Assembly (NCBI GenBank): GCA_964355105.1
Contig: CAYHCO010000018.1
Location: 5,323 to 69,322, forward strand
Reading direction: 5' to 3'
Length of the DNA stretch: 64,000 nucleotides
Source of the DNA: an uncultured Porphyromonadaceae bacterium
GTDB taxonomy: Bacteria > Bacteroidota > Bacteroidia > Bacteroidales > UBA12481
Of this stretch, positions 36,647 to 47,521 are shown piece by piece (position 1 is the stretch's first letter; each line of letters begins with the position of its first letter). Both the position numbers and the translations under genes were made by a program. The notes below the pieces were generated by a model. The model worked only from the letters and a program-made list of their open reading frames with translations, was not told the DNA's origin and ran no database searches.

Positions 36647-37675
36647 TCAATAGCTGCCACCAGCCTGATTAGCTGTAATGGCTACAAGATTTACGATGTC
36701 ACTAACCGAACAACCTCTGGAAAGATCATTGATCGGAGCTGCCATACCCTGAAGGACCGGTCCGATTGCCTCGGCTTTCGCCAGGCGCTGAACAAGCTTA
36801 TAGGCGATATTTCCCGCTTCCATAGTCGGAAAAACCAGAACATTGGCGTGGCCTGCGATGGGGCTGCCCGGGCATTTCATGCGACCTATTGATTCCACGA
36901 TGGCGGCATCTGCCTGCAATTCTCCGTCGAACATAAACTGTGGTGCCATTTTCTGAGCAATCGCAGTGGCTTCCACAACTTTATCCACCATTTCGTGTTT
37001 TGCGCTGCCTTTAGTCGAGAAACTCAGCATAGCAACCTTAGGGGTGATCTCAGCGATCGCCTTGGCAGTCTGAGCGGTGCAAACGGCAATTTCGGCCAGC
37101 TCCTGTGCGGTCGGATTGGGATGTACGGCGCAATCGGCAAATACCATCATTCCGCCTTCACCCCACTGGGTATCAGGCATGATCATGATGAAAGCACCAG
37201 AAACCACAGATATTCCCGGCAGGGTTTTAACATATTGAAATGCCGGCCGCAAAACGTCACCGGTAGCATTATTCGCACCTGCAACTTCCCCATCTGCATC
37301 ACCGGCTTTGATCATCAGGGTAGCCAGGTAAAGGGGATTCTCTATCAGTTTGAGTGCTTCTTCTTTGGTGAGCCCTTTGCTTTTGCGCATTTCCACCATC
37401 ATATCGGCATAAGCCTCCTTTTTTTCATGATCAGCCGGATCAATAATGGTAGCTTTTCCAAGGTTTTTCAAACCGAATTTTTCAGCTTCACGTTGAACGG
37501 TTTCAGGCTTTTCCAACAGGATGATCCTGGCGATTCCTTCGCCTAACAGAATATCTGCTGCCCTGAGTGTTCTCTCTTCCCATGCCTCCGGTAAAACGAT
37601 CCTTTTGTTGAATTTCTTGGCATTCGTTTTAATTTTCTCCATTAATTCCATGCTAATCAATATTTTAGGTGACAA
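36647..37675 (-). CDS. pta: phosphate acetyltransferase (start possibly at MELMEKIK, 37651)
   Basis: 342 aa PTA_PTB family. RIVLPEAWEERTLRAA motif. Confidence 0.9.
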   Translation of the reverse strand: MSPKILISMELMEKIKTNAKKFNKRIVLPEAWEERTLRAADILLGEGIARIILLEKPETVQREAEKFGLKNLGKATIIDPADHEKKEAYADMMVEMRKSKGLTKEEALKLIENPLYLATLMIKAGDADGEVAGANNATGDVLRPAFQYVKTLPGISVVSGAFIMIMPDTQWGEGGMMVFADCAVHPNPTAQELAEIAVCTAQTAKAIAEITPKVAMLSFSTKGSAKHEMVDKVVEATAIAQKMAPQFMFDGELQADAAIVESIGRMKCPGSPIAGHANVLVFPTMEAGNIAYKLVQRLAKAEAIGPVLQGMAAPINDLSRGCSVSDIVNLVAITANQAGGSY

Positions 37676-37838
37676 ATTCTGATTTTACAAAGATACCCAA
37701 AAAAGCAACCCCAAGTCAGCTAAAACCTATGATTTTTGTCAGTTTCCAGACTTTTCTGCGTACACCTGATGTTTCGCTTTTTTTTTCGTGGATTGTTGTG
37801 TTAATTTACCCCTATTAAAACCCAAAATTTTATTCATC

Positions 37839-40109
37839 ATGGTTTTCGACATTGAAATGATCCGTGGCATTTATGAATCTTATCCTGAACGGATTAGCAA
37901 AACAAGGCAATTATTGGACCGGCCTTTATCGCTGATTGACAAGATTCTATATGCTCACTTGTACGATGGTTTCCCGAACTCTCCCTATAAACGAGGAAAT
38001 GATTACACTGAGTTTTCTCCCGACCGCGTTGCCATGCAGGATGCGACTGCGCAAATGGCCCTTCTGCAATTCATGCAGGCTGGTAAAAGCAAGACGGCAG
38101 TTCCCTCAACGGTTCATTGCGATCACCTGATCCAGGCTAAGATTGGTGCCGTGGCGGACCTCAAGGTTGCGCAGGAAATTAACCAGGAAGTTTTCAGTTT
38201 CCTTTCCACTGTTTCCAATAAATACGGGATTGGCTTCTGGAAACCGGGTGCGGGGATTATTCATCAGGTTATTCTTGAGAACTACGCATTTCCGGGAGGC
38301 ATGATCATTGGAACCGATTCCCATACGGTAAATGCAGGCGGTCTGGGCATGATCTCCATTGGCGTTGGGGGTGCGGATGCAGTGGATGTCATGTCGGGCA
38401 TGGCATGGGAACTTCTTTTTCCAAAGTATATCGGAGTCAGGCTCACGGGCCGGCTGAATGGCTGGGCTTCGGCTAAGGACGTCATCCTCAAGGTTGCCGG
38501 AATTCTTACCGTTAAAGGGGGAACCGGTTATATACTCGAATATTTCGGCGACGGAGCCGAATCGATATCTGCAACCGGTAAAGGCACCATCTGCAACATG
38601 GGCGCTGAAATCGGTGCCACCACTTCCGTTTTCGGATATGATTCCAAGATGGCCGATTACCTTCGGGCTACCGGACGTGATGAGGTAGCCACCCTGGCCG
38701 ATCAGATAAAAAATCACCTGACCGGTGATCCTGAGGTATATGCAAATCCTGAAAAGTATTTCGACCAGGTCATTGAAATCGACCTGGATGAACTTGAACC
38801 CTATATCAATGGTCCTTTCACGCCTGACCGTGCATGGCCGATATCGGAATTTGCGAAGGCAGTAAGGGAAAACGGTTTTCCCCAGAGGCTGGAGGTTGGC
38901 CTTATCGGATCCTGCACCAACTCTTCCTATGAAGATATGACCCGGGCTGCAAGTATTGCACGCCAGGCTGTCGAGAAGAATCTGAAGGTAAAATCCGAAT
39001 TTACCATTACTCCCGGATCTGAGCTGGTCCGCTATACTATCGAACGCGATGGCCTTCTGGAAACATTCGAGGAAATCGGCGGAATGGTTCTCGCCAACGC
39101 ATGCGGACCCTGCATCGGGCAATGGGCCAGGCATAATGCCGAAAAACAGGAAAGAAACTCAATTATCACTTCTTTCAACCGCAATTTTGCCAGCAGGAAC
39201 GACGGAAATCCGCATACACATGCTTTTGTGGCTTCGCCTGAGATTGTAACCGCTCTGGCTATTGCCGGTGATTTAACATTTAATCCACTCACCGACCAGC
39301 TGATCAACGACGACGGCATTGCCGTATCGTTCGACGAGCCATCAGGTCTTGAGCTTCCCCTCCGGAATTTTGCTGTTGAGGATAACGGTTATCAGGAACC
39401 CGCCAAAGACGGTTCCAAAGTCAATATCATTGTCAACCCCGAATCCGACAGGCTTCAGCTTCTTCAGCCTTTCGAACCCTGGAGCGGCATGGACTTGCAT
39501 AACCTCGGCCTCCTGATCAAGGCTTACGGAAAATGCACCACCGACCACATCTCCATGGCAGGTAAATGGTTAAAATTCAGGGGCCACCTCAGCAATATTT
39601 CCAATAATATGCTGATCGGAGCCACCAATGAATTTAACAAGGCCATCAATCAGGTTAAAAACCAGATAACCGGGAAGGTGATGACTGTTCCCGAATCAGC
39701 CAGGGTATACCAGACACAGGGTTTAGGGTCCATTGTTGTTGGAGATGAAAATTACGGCGAAGGTTCCTCCAGGGAGCATGCAGCCATGGAGCCGCGGCAC
39801 CTGGGTGTTAAGGCCATTCTGGTGAAATCGTTTGCCAGGATCCATGAAACCAACCTCAAAAAGCAGGGAATGCTGGCATTGACCTTTGCCAATAAGGAGG
39901 ATTACAACCGGATCAGGGAGAGCGACACCTTCGACATCATTGGTTTAAAGACCTTTACTCCGGGATTGCCGTTAAAATTGACCATCCGTCATAACGATGA
40001 CGGCACCGAGGAAACCATTACCGTTAATCACAGTTACAACGAGAATCAGATCGACTGGTTCAGGGCCGGTTCAGCCCTGAATCTGATACGTCAGAACCAG
40101 CTGAAATGA
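37839..40109 (+). CDS. acn: aconitate hydratase (mitochondrial-like type)
   Basis: Contains Fe-S ligand motifs [12 protein letters not shown] and [10 protein letters not shown]. Start taken at ATG 37839 ([10 protein letters not shown]); the track ORF begins at 37788. Confidence 0.9.
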   Translation: MVFDIEMIRGIYESYPERISKTRQLLDRPLSLIDKILYAHLYDGFPNSPYKRGNDYTEFSPDRVAMQDATAQMALLQFMQAGKSKTAVPSTVHCDHLIQAKIGAVADLKVAQEINQEVFSFLSTVSNKYGIGFWKPGAGIIHQVILENYAFPGGMIIGTDSHTVNAGGLGMISIGVGGADAVDVMSGMAWELLFPKYIGVRLTGRLNGWASAKDVILKVAGILTVKGGTGYILEYFGDGAESISATGKGTICNMGAEIGATTSVFGYDSKMADYLRATGRDEVATLADQIKNHLTGDPEVYANPEKYFDQVIEIDLDELEPYINGPFTPDRAWPISEFAKAVRENGFPQRLEVGLIGSCTNSSYEDMTRAASIARQAVEKNLKVKSEFTITPGSELVRYTIERDGLLETFEEIGGMVLANACGPCIGQWARHNAEKQERNSIITSFNRNFASRNDGNPHTHAFVASPEIVTALAIAGDLTFNPLTDQLINDDGIAVSFDEPSGLELPLRNFAVEDNGYQEPAKDGSKVNIIVNPESDRLQLLQPFEPWSGMDLHNLGLLIKAYGKCTTDHISMAGKWLKFRGHLSNISNNMLIGATNEFNKAINQVKNQITGKVMTVPESARVYQTQGLGSIVVGDENYGEGSSREHAAMEPRHLGVKAILVKSFARIHETNLKKQGMLALTFANKEDYNRIRESDTFDIIGLKTFTPGLPLKLTIRHNDDGTEETITVNHSYNENQIDWFRAGSALNLIRQNQLK

Positions 40110-40172
40110 TCGACATATTCAAAGTATATAAAAAGATATATATTTACAGAAACTAACTATTACTTGACAAAT

Positions 40173-41399
40173 ATGAATAAAATCCGGGTGCTCCATCCCG
40201 TTGTAGAGATGGATGGAGACGAAATGACCCGTATCATCTGGAAAATGATCAAGGAGCGATTAATCCTGCCCTATCTGGATCTGGACATCCAGTATTTCGA
40301 TCTGGGGATTGAACACAGGGATGCCACCAATGATCAGGTTACCATTGATTGTGCGGAAGCAATTCTAAAGACCGGCGTAGGGATAAAATGCGCCACCATT
40401 ACGCCTGATGAGGCCAGGGTGAAAGAGTTTGGCCTGAAGAAAATGTGGAAAAGCCCGAACGGAACTATCCGGAACATCCTCGGAGGTACTGTATTCCGTG
40501 AGCCAATCCTGATCAAGTCGATTCCCAGACTGGTTCCCGGGTGGACTCAGCCGATCTGCATCGGCCGGCATGCCTTCGGTGATCAATACCGTGCCACTGA
40601 TTTCCGCGTTAAGGGGAAGGGCAAACTGACTATCACCTTCACTCCTGAAAACGGTACTCCCGAGGTGCATGAAGTATTTAATTTCAGTGATGACGGGATT
40701 GCACTGGCCATGTACAATACGGATGAATCGATCCGTGGATTTGCGCATTCCTGCTTCAACATGGCCCTGGACAAGAAATGGCCGCTCTATCTGTCCACCA
40801 AGAACACCATCCTGAAAGCCTACGATGGACGATTTAAGGATATTTTCGAGGAGATTTACCAGGCAGATTATAAAACCCGTTTTGCCGCTGCTGGCATACA
40901 TTATGAGCATCGTCTGATCGATGACATGGTTGCCGCTGCACTGAAATGGAGTGGCGGATATGTTTGGGCCTGTAAGAATTATGATGGTGATGTTCAGTCG
41001 GATACGGTTGCCCAGGGATTCGGATCTTTAGGTCTGATGACCTCGGTACTGGTCACTCCTGACGGAAAAACCATGGAAGCTGAGGCTGCCCACGGTACCG
41101 TTACCAGGCATTACCGGATGCATCAGGAGGGCAAACCTACCTCGACAAATCCAATTGCATCGATTTTTGCCTGGAGCAGGGGTCTTGCCTTCCGTGGCAA
41201 GCTTGATGACAATGCCGAACTGATTAAATTTACCGGGATGCTGGAAGAAGCCTGCATCGAAACGGTTGAGAACGGTTTCATGACCAAGGATCTTGCGGTA
41301 TTGGTGCACGGTGACAAGGTTACCACAGACCAATATGTGACCACAGAAGGGTTCTTTGATGCGATAGAAAACAGATTACATACTAAAATCTCCTCCTGA
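40173..41399 (+). CDS. icd: NADP-dependent isocitrate dehydrogenase (eukaryotic-like type)
   Basis: About 408 aa. [29 protein letters not shown] motifs. Start at ATG 40173. Confidence 0.92.
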   Translation: MNKIRVLHPVVEMDGDEMTRIIWKMIKERLILPYLDLDIQYFDLGIEHRDATNDQVTIDCAEAILKTGVGIKCATITPDEARVKEFGLKKMWKSPNGTIRNILGGTVFREPILIKSIPRLVPGWTQPICIGRHAFGDQYRATDFRVKGKGKLTITFTPENGTPEVHEVFNFSDDGIALAMYNTDESIRGFAHSCFNMALDKKWPLYLSTKNTILKAYDGRFKDIFEEIYQADYKTRFAAAGIHYEHRLIDDMVAAALKWSGGYVWACKNYDGDVQSDTVAQGFGSLGLMTSVLVTPDGKTMEAEAAHGTVTRHYRMHQEGKPTSTNPIASIFAWSRGLAFRGKLDDNAELIKFTGMLEEACIETVENGFMTKDLAVLVHGDKVTTDQYVTTEGFFDAIENRLHTKISS

Positions 41400-41401
41400 A
41401 T

Positions 41402-42724
41402 ATGGGACAGATAAAGAAAAAATTCATTGAAAGGGCACTCCCTAAAGCCGAGATCGTAAAAAAACTCAAGAACGAATACGGCAGTGTTGTTATCGGGGAA
41501 GTAACCATCGGACAGGTATTGTCGGGCATGAAAGGAATTGTCGGACTCCTCACCTGTACCTCAAAACTTGATCCTGAAGAGGGTATCCGGTTCCGGGGAT
41601 ATACCATCCCTGAATTGCGTGAAATGCTTCCAAAATTATCACCGGAAGATGAACCGCTGCCCGAAGGGCTCTTCTATCTTATGCTGATGGACGAAATGCC
41701 TACGAATGAGGATGTACAGTACATCCAGAACGAGTGGGTCAAACGGGCTCATGTGCCGAAGCATGTTTTTGATGTTATTGATGCACTCCCAAGGGATACC
41801 CATCCCATGAACCAGTTTGTCACCGCTATAGTTTCCATGGCAGGTAGCTCCAGGTTCATGAAAGCCTATGAAGCTGGTGCCGCTAAAAAGGATTACTGGG
41901 ATTCCACCTACGAAGGTGTTATGGACCTTATCGCAAGAATCCCCAGGATCGCAGCCTACGTATACAGGCATACCTATCACAACGGACGCCATATCGAACC
42001 GGATTCTGACCTCGACTGGGCAGGCAACCTGGCTCATATGATGGGTTACGACAATGATGAGGTTAAGAAGCTCTTCAGGCTTTACATGACTATCCATGCC
42101 GATCATGAAGGCGGCAACGTAAGTGCCCATACCACGCACCTGGTGGGATCGGCCCTCGCCTCCCCTTACCAGGCTTATGCAGCCGGGATGCTTGGTTTAG
42201 CAGGACCTCTGCACGGACTTGCCAATCAGGAAGTTATTAAATGGGTGTTTGAAATGATGCATGAGATCGGAACTGAAGATCCTTCAAAAGAACAGATCTC
42301 CGACTACGTTCACAAAACCCTTGCTGACGGTCGCGTGGTTCCGGGATATGGGCATGCCGTTCTTCGCAAAACCGATCCCCGCTATGTTGCGCAAAGGGAA
42401 TTCTGCCTCAAATATCTGCCGAACGATCCTCTGTTCAAGGTGATCAGCAGAATTTACGAGGTAGTTCCCCCGATCCTCAGCACCGTAGGCAAGATCAAGA
42501 ATCCGTGGCCCAACGTGGATGCCCATTCGGGGTCCATCCTGGTTCATTACGGAATCAAGGAATACGAATTCTATACCGTTCTTTTTGCTGTTTCGCGGGC
42601 ACTCGGAGTTCTGGCATCGCTGGTATGGGATCGTGTTTACGGGCTACCTCTCGAAAGACCGAGCTCTCAGAATACCCGCTGGTTTATTGAGAAAGCCGGT
42701 ATTGATTCCCCGGTAAAATTTTAA
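41402..42724 (+). CDS. gltA: citrate synthase
   Basis: 440 aa. HADHEGGNVSAHT and GYGHAVLRKTDPR motifs. Confidence 0.92.
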   Translation: MGQIKKKFIERALPKAEIVKKLKNEYGSVVIGEVTIGQVLSGMKGIVGLLTCTSKLDPEEGIRFRGYTIPELREMLPKLSPEDEPLPEGLFYLMLMDEMPTNEDVQYIQNEWVKRAHVPKHVFDVIDALPRDTHPMNQFVTAIVSMAGSSRFMKAYEAGAAKKDYWDSTYEGVMDLIARIPRIAAYVYRHTYHNGRHIEPDSDLDWAGNLAHMMGYDNDEVKKLFRLYMTIHADHEGGNVSAHTTHLVGSALASPYQAYAAGMLGLAGPLHGLANQEVIKWVFEMMHEIGTEDPSKEQISDYVHKTLADGRVVPGYGHAVLRKTDPRYVAQREFCLKYLPNDPLFKVISRIYEVVPPILSTVGKIKNPWPNVDAHSGSILVHYGIKEYEFYTVLFAVSRALGVLASLVWDRVYGLPLERPSSQNTRWFIEKAGIDSPVKF

Positions 42725-42751
42725 CTGGAACAACCTAACTATCTAACTTAT

Positions 42752-43693
42752 ATGGACAGAAGAATAACAATTATCGGTGCCGGAAATGTCGGCGCAACCG
42801 TTGCTCATGAAATCGCCAGGCAGGATCTGGCAAAGGAAGTTGTAATTGTTGATGTTAAAGAAGGTACCGCGGAAGGCAAAGCCCTTGATATGTGGCAGAC
42901 TTCATCTATCCTGAATTTCGACTCCAGGGTTGTTGGTGTGACCAACGACTACCTGAGAACTCGCAATTCGTCAGTGATCGTCATTACTGCCGGTATTCCC
43001 CGGAAACCGGGGATGTCGCGCGACGACCTGATCAAGACGAACGCGGCGATCGTAAAGGAAGTAACCGAAAAGGCTGTTAAATACTCGCCGGATGCCATCA
43101 TCATTGTGGTTTCGAACCCATTGGATGTCATGACCTATGCCGCTTACCTGGCTGCCAACAAGGCACCAAACAAGGTATTCGGTATGGCCGGAGTACTGGA
43201 TACAGGCCGTTATAAGGCTTTTCTTGCTGAAGCGCTCAACGTATCTCCCAAAGATATCCACGCCCTTCTGCTTGGCAGCCACGGAGACACCATGGTTCCA
43301 TTAAAGCGTTACACCTCTGTTTCAGGTATTCCGGTAACCGATTTACTGGGCGACGATGTCCTCGACAAAATCATTGAAAGGACCCGTAAAGGCGGCGGAG
43401 AGCTGGTTAATCTTATGGGAACCTCTGCCTGGTATGCTCCGGGCGCTGCAGTCGCCGCCATGGTTGATGCCATCGTCCGCGACCAGCACCGTGTTTTCCC
43501 CGTCTGTGCTTATGTTGACGGCGAATATGGCCTGAATGACATTTACCTGGGTGTACCTTGCATTATCGGTAAAAACGGTATCGAGAGGATCATTACGCTC
43601 AATCTTGATGAAGATGAGAAGAAATTGCTCATTGAATCGGCTAAGTCAGTGAAACAGACCATGGATGTGCTTGACGAGATGAAACTTTTCTAA
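42752..43693 (+). CDS. mdh: malate dehydrogenase (LDH-like)
   Basis: 313 aa. IIGAGNVG, TAGIPRKPGMSRDDL, GSHGDTMVP motifs. Confidence 0.92.
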   Translation: MDRRITIIGAGNVGATVAHEIARQDLAKEVVIVDVKEGTAEGKALDMWQTSSILNFDSRVVGVTNDYLRTRNSSVIVITAGIPRKPGMSRDDLIKTNAAIVKEVTEKAVKYSPDAIIIVVSNPLDVMTYAAYLAANKAPNKVFGMAGVLDTGRYKAFLAEALNVSPKDIHALLLGSHGDTMVPLKRYTSVSGIPVTDLLGDDVLDKIIERTRKGGGELVNLMGTSAWYAPGAAVAAMVDAIVRDQHRVFPVCAYVDGEYGLNDIYLGVPCIIGKNGIERIITLNLDEDEKKLLIESAKSVKQTMDVLDEMKLF

Positions 43694-43723
43694 GTTTCAC
43701 CCTTCAGATGAAATATGCAAAAG

Positions 43724-43757
43724 CCGGGTTAGCGATAACCCGGTTTTTGCTTTTTTT
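43724..43757. terminator. bidirectional rho-independent terminator
   Basis: Perfect 8-bp stem ccgggtta/taacccgg with gcga loop, T-run downstream and A-run upstream. Lies between convergent mdh and the PIN gene. Confidence 0.7.
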
Positions 43758-43759
43758 AA

Positions 43760-44173
43760 TCACAAGTATTTCTCCATAAACTCGCTGCAACTTAAAACCT
43801 CAATTTCCGCAAAATGAAAATCCCCCTTGTCTTCAGTAACAATTGTCTGGCAGCCCGATTCAACTGCTGAATAATATTCCAGGCCATCCTCGAAATCAAG
43901 GATCTTATTATTGCTGATGGTCAGTATGACTGCATTTTTATTGGTTGGAGCTATTTGGATATGACTCACAAGAAGCGCGATTTTTCTTCCTGCCATGCTC
44001 GGACCACTTTTCTTTTCGGCAAAATAAAAGGCAATTGCAAGACAAATCGGAGAGGTGAATAGCTCGATGTTCTTCTTGTCACCAGCACTTAGGATTCTGG
44101 AAGCATAACTGAAAAGCGGGTACTCCTTATTTAGCACCGTAACCAATACGTTGGCATCCAAAAAGACCTTCAT
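43760..44173 (-). CDS. PIN-domain (VapC-like) toxin
   Basis: 137 aa. N-terminal FLDANVL and distal acidic residues typical of the PIN fold. 4-nt overlap with the upstream small gene. Confidence 0.75.
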   Translation of the reverse strand: MKVFLDANVLVTVLNKEYPLFSYASRILSAGDKKNIELFTSPICLAIAFYFAEKKSGPSMAGRKIALLVSHIQIAPTNKNAVILTISNNKILDFEDGLEYYSAVESGCQTIVTEDKGDFHFAEIEVLSCSEFMEKYL

Positions 44174-44427
44174 TTTCTGGAATTCAGAAATTCGTTTCTC
44201 ATTGATTTACGGTTTGCCGGCTTGGTTTTATAATGTGCTTCCCCCTCGGCCAACTCATTGACCCAATCGGATACCGGCAAGTTTTCGAGGCTGGAATAAT
44301 TCCCACTCGTAATCTGGCGAAGAAGAAACTCCATCATCCGGGACAAACTGATATTTTGAGCCTCGGCAAATTTTTTTGCTTTTACGATCACTTCCTTATC
44401 GAATGACAGGGTTATTTTGGCGTCCAT
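44170..44427 (-). CDS. putative antitoxin partner of the PIN toxin
   Basis: 85-aa ORF immediately upstream of and overlapping the PIN gene (ATGA). Confidence 0.6.
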   Translation of the reverse strand: MDAKITLSFDKEVIVKAKKFAEAQNISLSRMMEFLLRQITSGNYSSLENLPVSDWVNELAEGEAHYKTKPANRKSMRNEFLNSRK

Positions 44428-44587
44428 AGATTGAATTTTTATTACGACAAATATAATATTTCTATACGTAAAGAACGAGTATTTTCAGTCTTTTCCGCTT
44501 GTGAAACCATTTATTCTTTCAGATTGATCAGGGATTATTCAGGATGTTCCTATTTTTACCCGTCACATCAAAAACCTGCGATCCCTG

Positions 44588-47521
44588 ATGGAAAAAAGAT
44601 TTCTGGACCTTGCGGTGTCTCTTGACGGCGATCTGTTAACCGATAGCCTAACCAGGACGATATACGCTACAGATGCTTCCATCTATCGCGAAATCCCTGC
44701 AGCAGTAGCCTACCCCAAGAATGCAGCCGACCTGGTCAGGTTGGTGAATTTTGCCGGGAGGAACAATCTTTCACTGATTCCACGAACGGCAGGCACCTCC
44801 CTGGCAGGCCAGGTTGTTGGCACGGGGATTGTCACCGATGTTTCGCGTTACATGAATAAAATCCTGGAGATCAATGTAGCGGAGAAATATGCCTGGGTGG
44901 AACCCGGCGTTGTACTGGATGAAATGAACGCGGTACTTCGGGGATACGGACTGTTTTTCGGGCCCGAAACCAGCACAGCCAACCGCTGCATGATCGGGGG
45001 AATGCTTGGGAATAACGCTTGTGGGCTGCATTCCCTGGTATACGGCAGCATGCGGGATCATACGCTGGCTGTAAGGGCAATACTGAGCGACTGCTCCGAA
45101 GCGGAGTTTTCCCTGCTCACTGTAGCGGAATTCGAAGATAAGTGTAATGAGAACAGTCTGGAAGGCAGAATTTACCGGGAGGTTCGTGACATTATCGGTG
45201 ACCCCGCGAACAGAAAAGCGATCCGCGAAGGATATCCCGACCCTTCGGTACCCAGGCGCAATACCGGTTACGCGCTGGACCTGCTGCTGGATGCCGAACC
45301 TTTTGCCGTTGGCGGTAATCCGTTCAACATGTGCCGTATACTGGCCGGATCTGAGGGTACCCTGGTCTTTTTCCATGCAATAAAAATCAATCTCGTTCCC
45401 CTGCCACCGGCTCATCAGGCCCTCATCTGCGCTCATTTTGAATCACTTTCCGATTCCCTTCATGCCAATGTTGTGGCACTACAGCATAAGCCAACCGCAG
45501 TGGAGCTGATGGACAGCGTTGTCCTGGAATGCACCCGGACCAATCACACCCAGCAGGCAAACAGGTTTTTCCTGGTTGGCGAACCACGCACCATTCTGAT
45601 CATCGAAATCGACGAAAATAGCCGGGAGGAGCTTGAAACAAAAATCGAGGAAACCATCGGCGACCTGAAAAAGAACAATCTGGGTTACGCTTATCCGGTT
45701 GTTTACGGATCTGATATCCGGAAGGTCTGGGACCTCCGGAAGGCCGGTCTGGGATCACTGGCTAATATCCCGGGTGATCAAAGATCGGTTACCGTTATTG
45801 AGGATATCGCCGTCCCGGTTCAGAATCAGGCAGCTTATATCCTTGAAATGGAAAAGCTTTTTGCCGATAGAGGTCTGACCTGCGTATTTCACGCACATGC
45901 TGGTACGGGTGAGCTACATCTGAGGCCGCTTCTGAATTTGAAGGATCCGGCTGATGTTGAACGCTTCAAGGAACTTGCCGCTGCTGCGGTGCCGATCGTG
46001 AAAAAGTACGGAGGATCGCTAAGCGGCGAACACGGCGACGGCAGGCTCAGGGCATCCATGATCCCGCTTTTCCTTGGTGAGCATAACTATCAGTTGCTCA
46101 AACGAATAAAAAACACCTTCGACCCGCAAAATCTATTCAACCCCGGAAAAATCATTGAGGCACCGCCAATCGACTCTTTTCTCCGGAACGAACCGGGTGT
46201 GCCGACCCCGGAGATAGCCACCGTTCAGGATTTTTCTGATACTCTGGGAATCGTGCGGGCTGCAGAAAAATGCAACGGTAGCGGTGATTGCCGTAAATCG
46301 CCGCAGGCCAAAGGCTCCATGTGTCCTTCCTATCAGGCTACCCTGGATGAGAAGAATACTACCCGCGCCCGCGCCAACATCCTTCGCGAGTTTCTAATCA
46401 AACCCGCCGGGAAAAATCCTTTCGACCATCCTGAGATTCATGAGGTACTTGATTTATGCCTTTCCTGCAAAGCGTGCAAATCAGAATGTCCCTCCAATGT
46501 GGATATGGCTAAATTAAAGGCCGAATTTTTACAGCATTGGCATGATGTTCATGGATTATCATTCCGGACCCGGTTTGTGGCTTATATGCCCCTTATTTAC
46601 AGATTTGCGCAACCTTTTGCTCCATTAATCAACCGCATGATGCGACCGGGAGTTATTTCCAACCTTTTCAAGGGTATTGCCGGATTCAATAAAGCCAGGT
46701 CGATACCGGCACTGTCGGTGAAATCCCTCGACCGCTGGATGTCTTTCAACTTACTGGCTGTGAATCCTTCAGGGGGATCGGTAAAGGGTTCGGTTTTCCT
46801 GTTTGCCGACGAATTCATCTCTTACCAGGATTCGGTTATCGGAATTAAAACCATACAGTTACTCACACGCCTGGGATATGCAGTCAATATTGCCGGGAGA
46901 ACAGGCAGCGGACGCACTTTCATTTCGAAGGGTCTGCTGAGAAAGGCAGCTGCTGTGGCGCGGGAAAATACTTTGCTGTACCATGGACTGGTCAGTGAAG
47001 AACGCCCACTTATTGGAATCGAGCCTTCCGCAATTCTGGGTTTCAGAGATGAATTTCCCGATCTGGTCGGTGGAGAATTGAAGCAAAAAGCCCTTGAGAT
47101 TGCGCGCCACACCTTCCTTATAGATGAGTTTCTGGAACGTGAAATGCGGGCAGGCAGAATACTGGTGGATGATTTCACCGCAGAAAAGAAAGATATTTTA
47201 TTGCACGGGCATTGTCAGCAAAAAGCGGTAGCCTCTACATCATCAACAATTTACGTGCTTAACTTTCCAAAGAACCACACCTGTTCAGAGATTCCTTCAG
47301 GTTGCTGCGGAATGGCCGGATCCTTCGGTTTTGAGAAGGAGCATTATGAATTATCCATGAAAGTTGGCGAGCTGGTCTTGTTGCCCGCTGTCAGGGCTGC
47401 TGATGAAAACACGCTGATTGCCGCTTCGGGGATGTCGTGCCGTCACCAGATTCTCGACGGTACCGGCAGGAAGTCATTACATCCTGTTGAAATCCTGTAC
47501 GATGCGCTAAAGCTCAACTAG
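44588..47521 (+). CDS. FAD-linked oxidase fused to Fe-S/CCG-domain protein (YdiJ-like)
   Basis: 977 aa with an N-terminal FAD-binding PCMH-type pattern (PRTAGTSLAGQ), a central CLSCKACKSECP ferredoxin-type cluster motif and C-terminal Cys-rich repeats. Confidence 0.85.
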   Translation: MEKRFLDLAVSLDGDLLTDSLTRTIYATDASIYREIPAAVAYPKNAADLVRLVNFAGRNNLSLIPRTAGTSLAGQVVGTGIVTDVSRYMNKILEINVAEKYAWVEPGVVLDEMNAVLRGYGLFFGPETSTANRCMIGGMLGNNACGLHSLVYGSMRDHTLAVRAILSDCSEAEFSLLTVAEFEDKCNENSLEGRIYREVRDIIGDPANRKAIREGYPDPSVPRRNTGYALDLLLDAEPFAVGGNPFNMCRILAGSEGTLVFFHAIKINLVPLPPAHQALICAHFESLSDSLHANVVALQHKPTAVELMDSVVLECTRTNHTQQANRFFLVGEPRTILIIEIDENSREELETKIEETIGDLKKNNLGYAYPVVYGSDIRKVWDLRKAGLGSLANIPGDQRSVTVIEDIAVPVQNQAAYILEMEKLFADRGLTCVFHAHAGTGELHLRPLLNLKDPADVERFKELAAAAVPIVKKYGGSLSGEHGDGRLRASMIPLFLGEHNYQLLKRIKNTFDPQNLFNPGKIIEAPPIDSFLRNEPGVPTPEIATVQDFSDTLGIVRAAEKCNGSGDCRKSPQAKGSMCPSYQATLDEKNTTRARANILREFLIKPAGKNPFDHPEIHEVLDLCLSCKACKSECPSNVDMAKLKAEFLQHWHDVHGLSFRTRFVAYMPLIYRFAQPFAPLINRMMRPGVISNLFKGIAGFNKARSIPALSVKSLDRWMSFNLLAVNPSGGSVKGSVFLFADEFISYQDSVIGIKTIQLLTRLGYAVNIAGRTGSGRTFISKGLLRKAAAVARENTLLYHGLVSEERPLIGIEPSAILGFRDEFPDLVGGELKQKALEIARHTFLIDEFLEREMRAGRILVDDFTAEKKDILLHGHCQQKAVASTSSTIYVLNFPKNHTCSEIPSGCCGMAGSFGFEKEHYELSMKVGELVLLPAVRAADENTLIAASGMSCRHQILDGTGRKSLHPVEILYDALKLN

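Noticed and set aside
38106-39134. Long antisense ORFs inside well-supported genes. Examples: 342 aa antisense to aconitase (38106-39134), 232 aa antisense to the capsid gene (9444-10142), 270 aa antisense to ffh (52974-53786), 221 aa antisense to the FAD oxidase (44771-45436), 182 aa antisense to ligA (61080-61628), 231 aa antisense to buk (32577-33272).
   Set aside because: Each lies entirely within a gene that has clear family motifs on the other strand. Their translations are low-complexity or Arg/Ser/Pro-rich shadow-frame products with no recognisable motifs.
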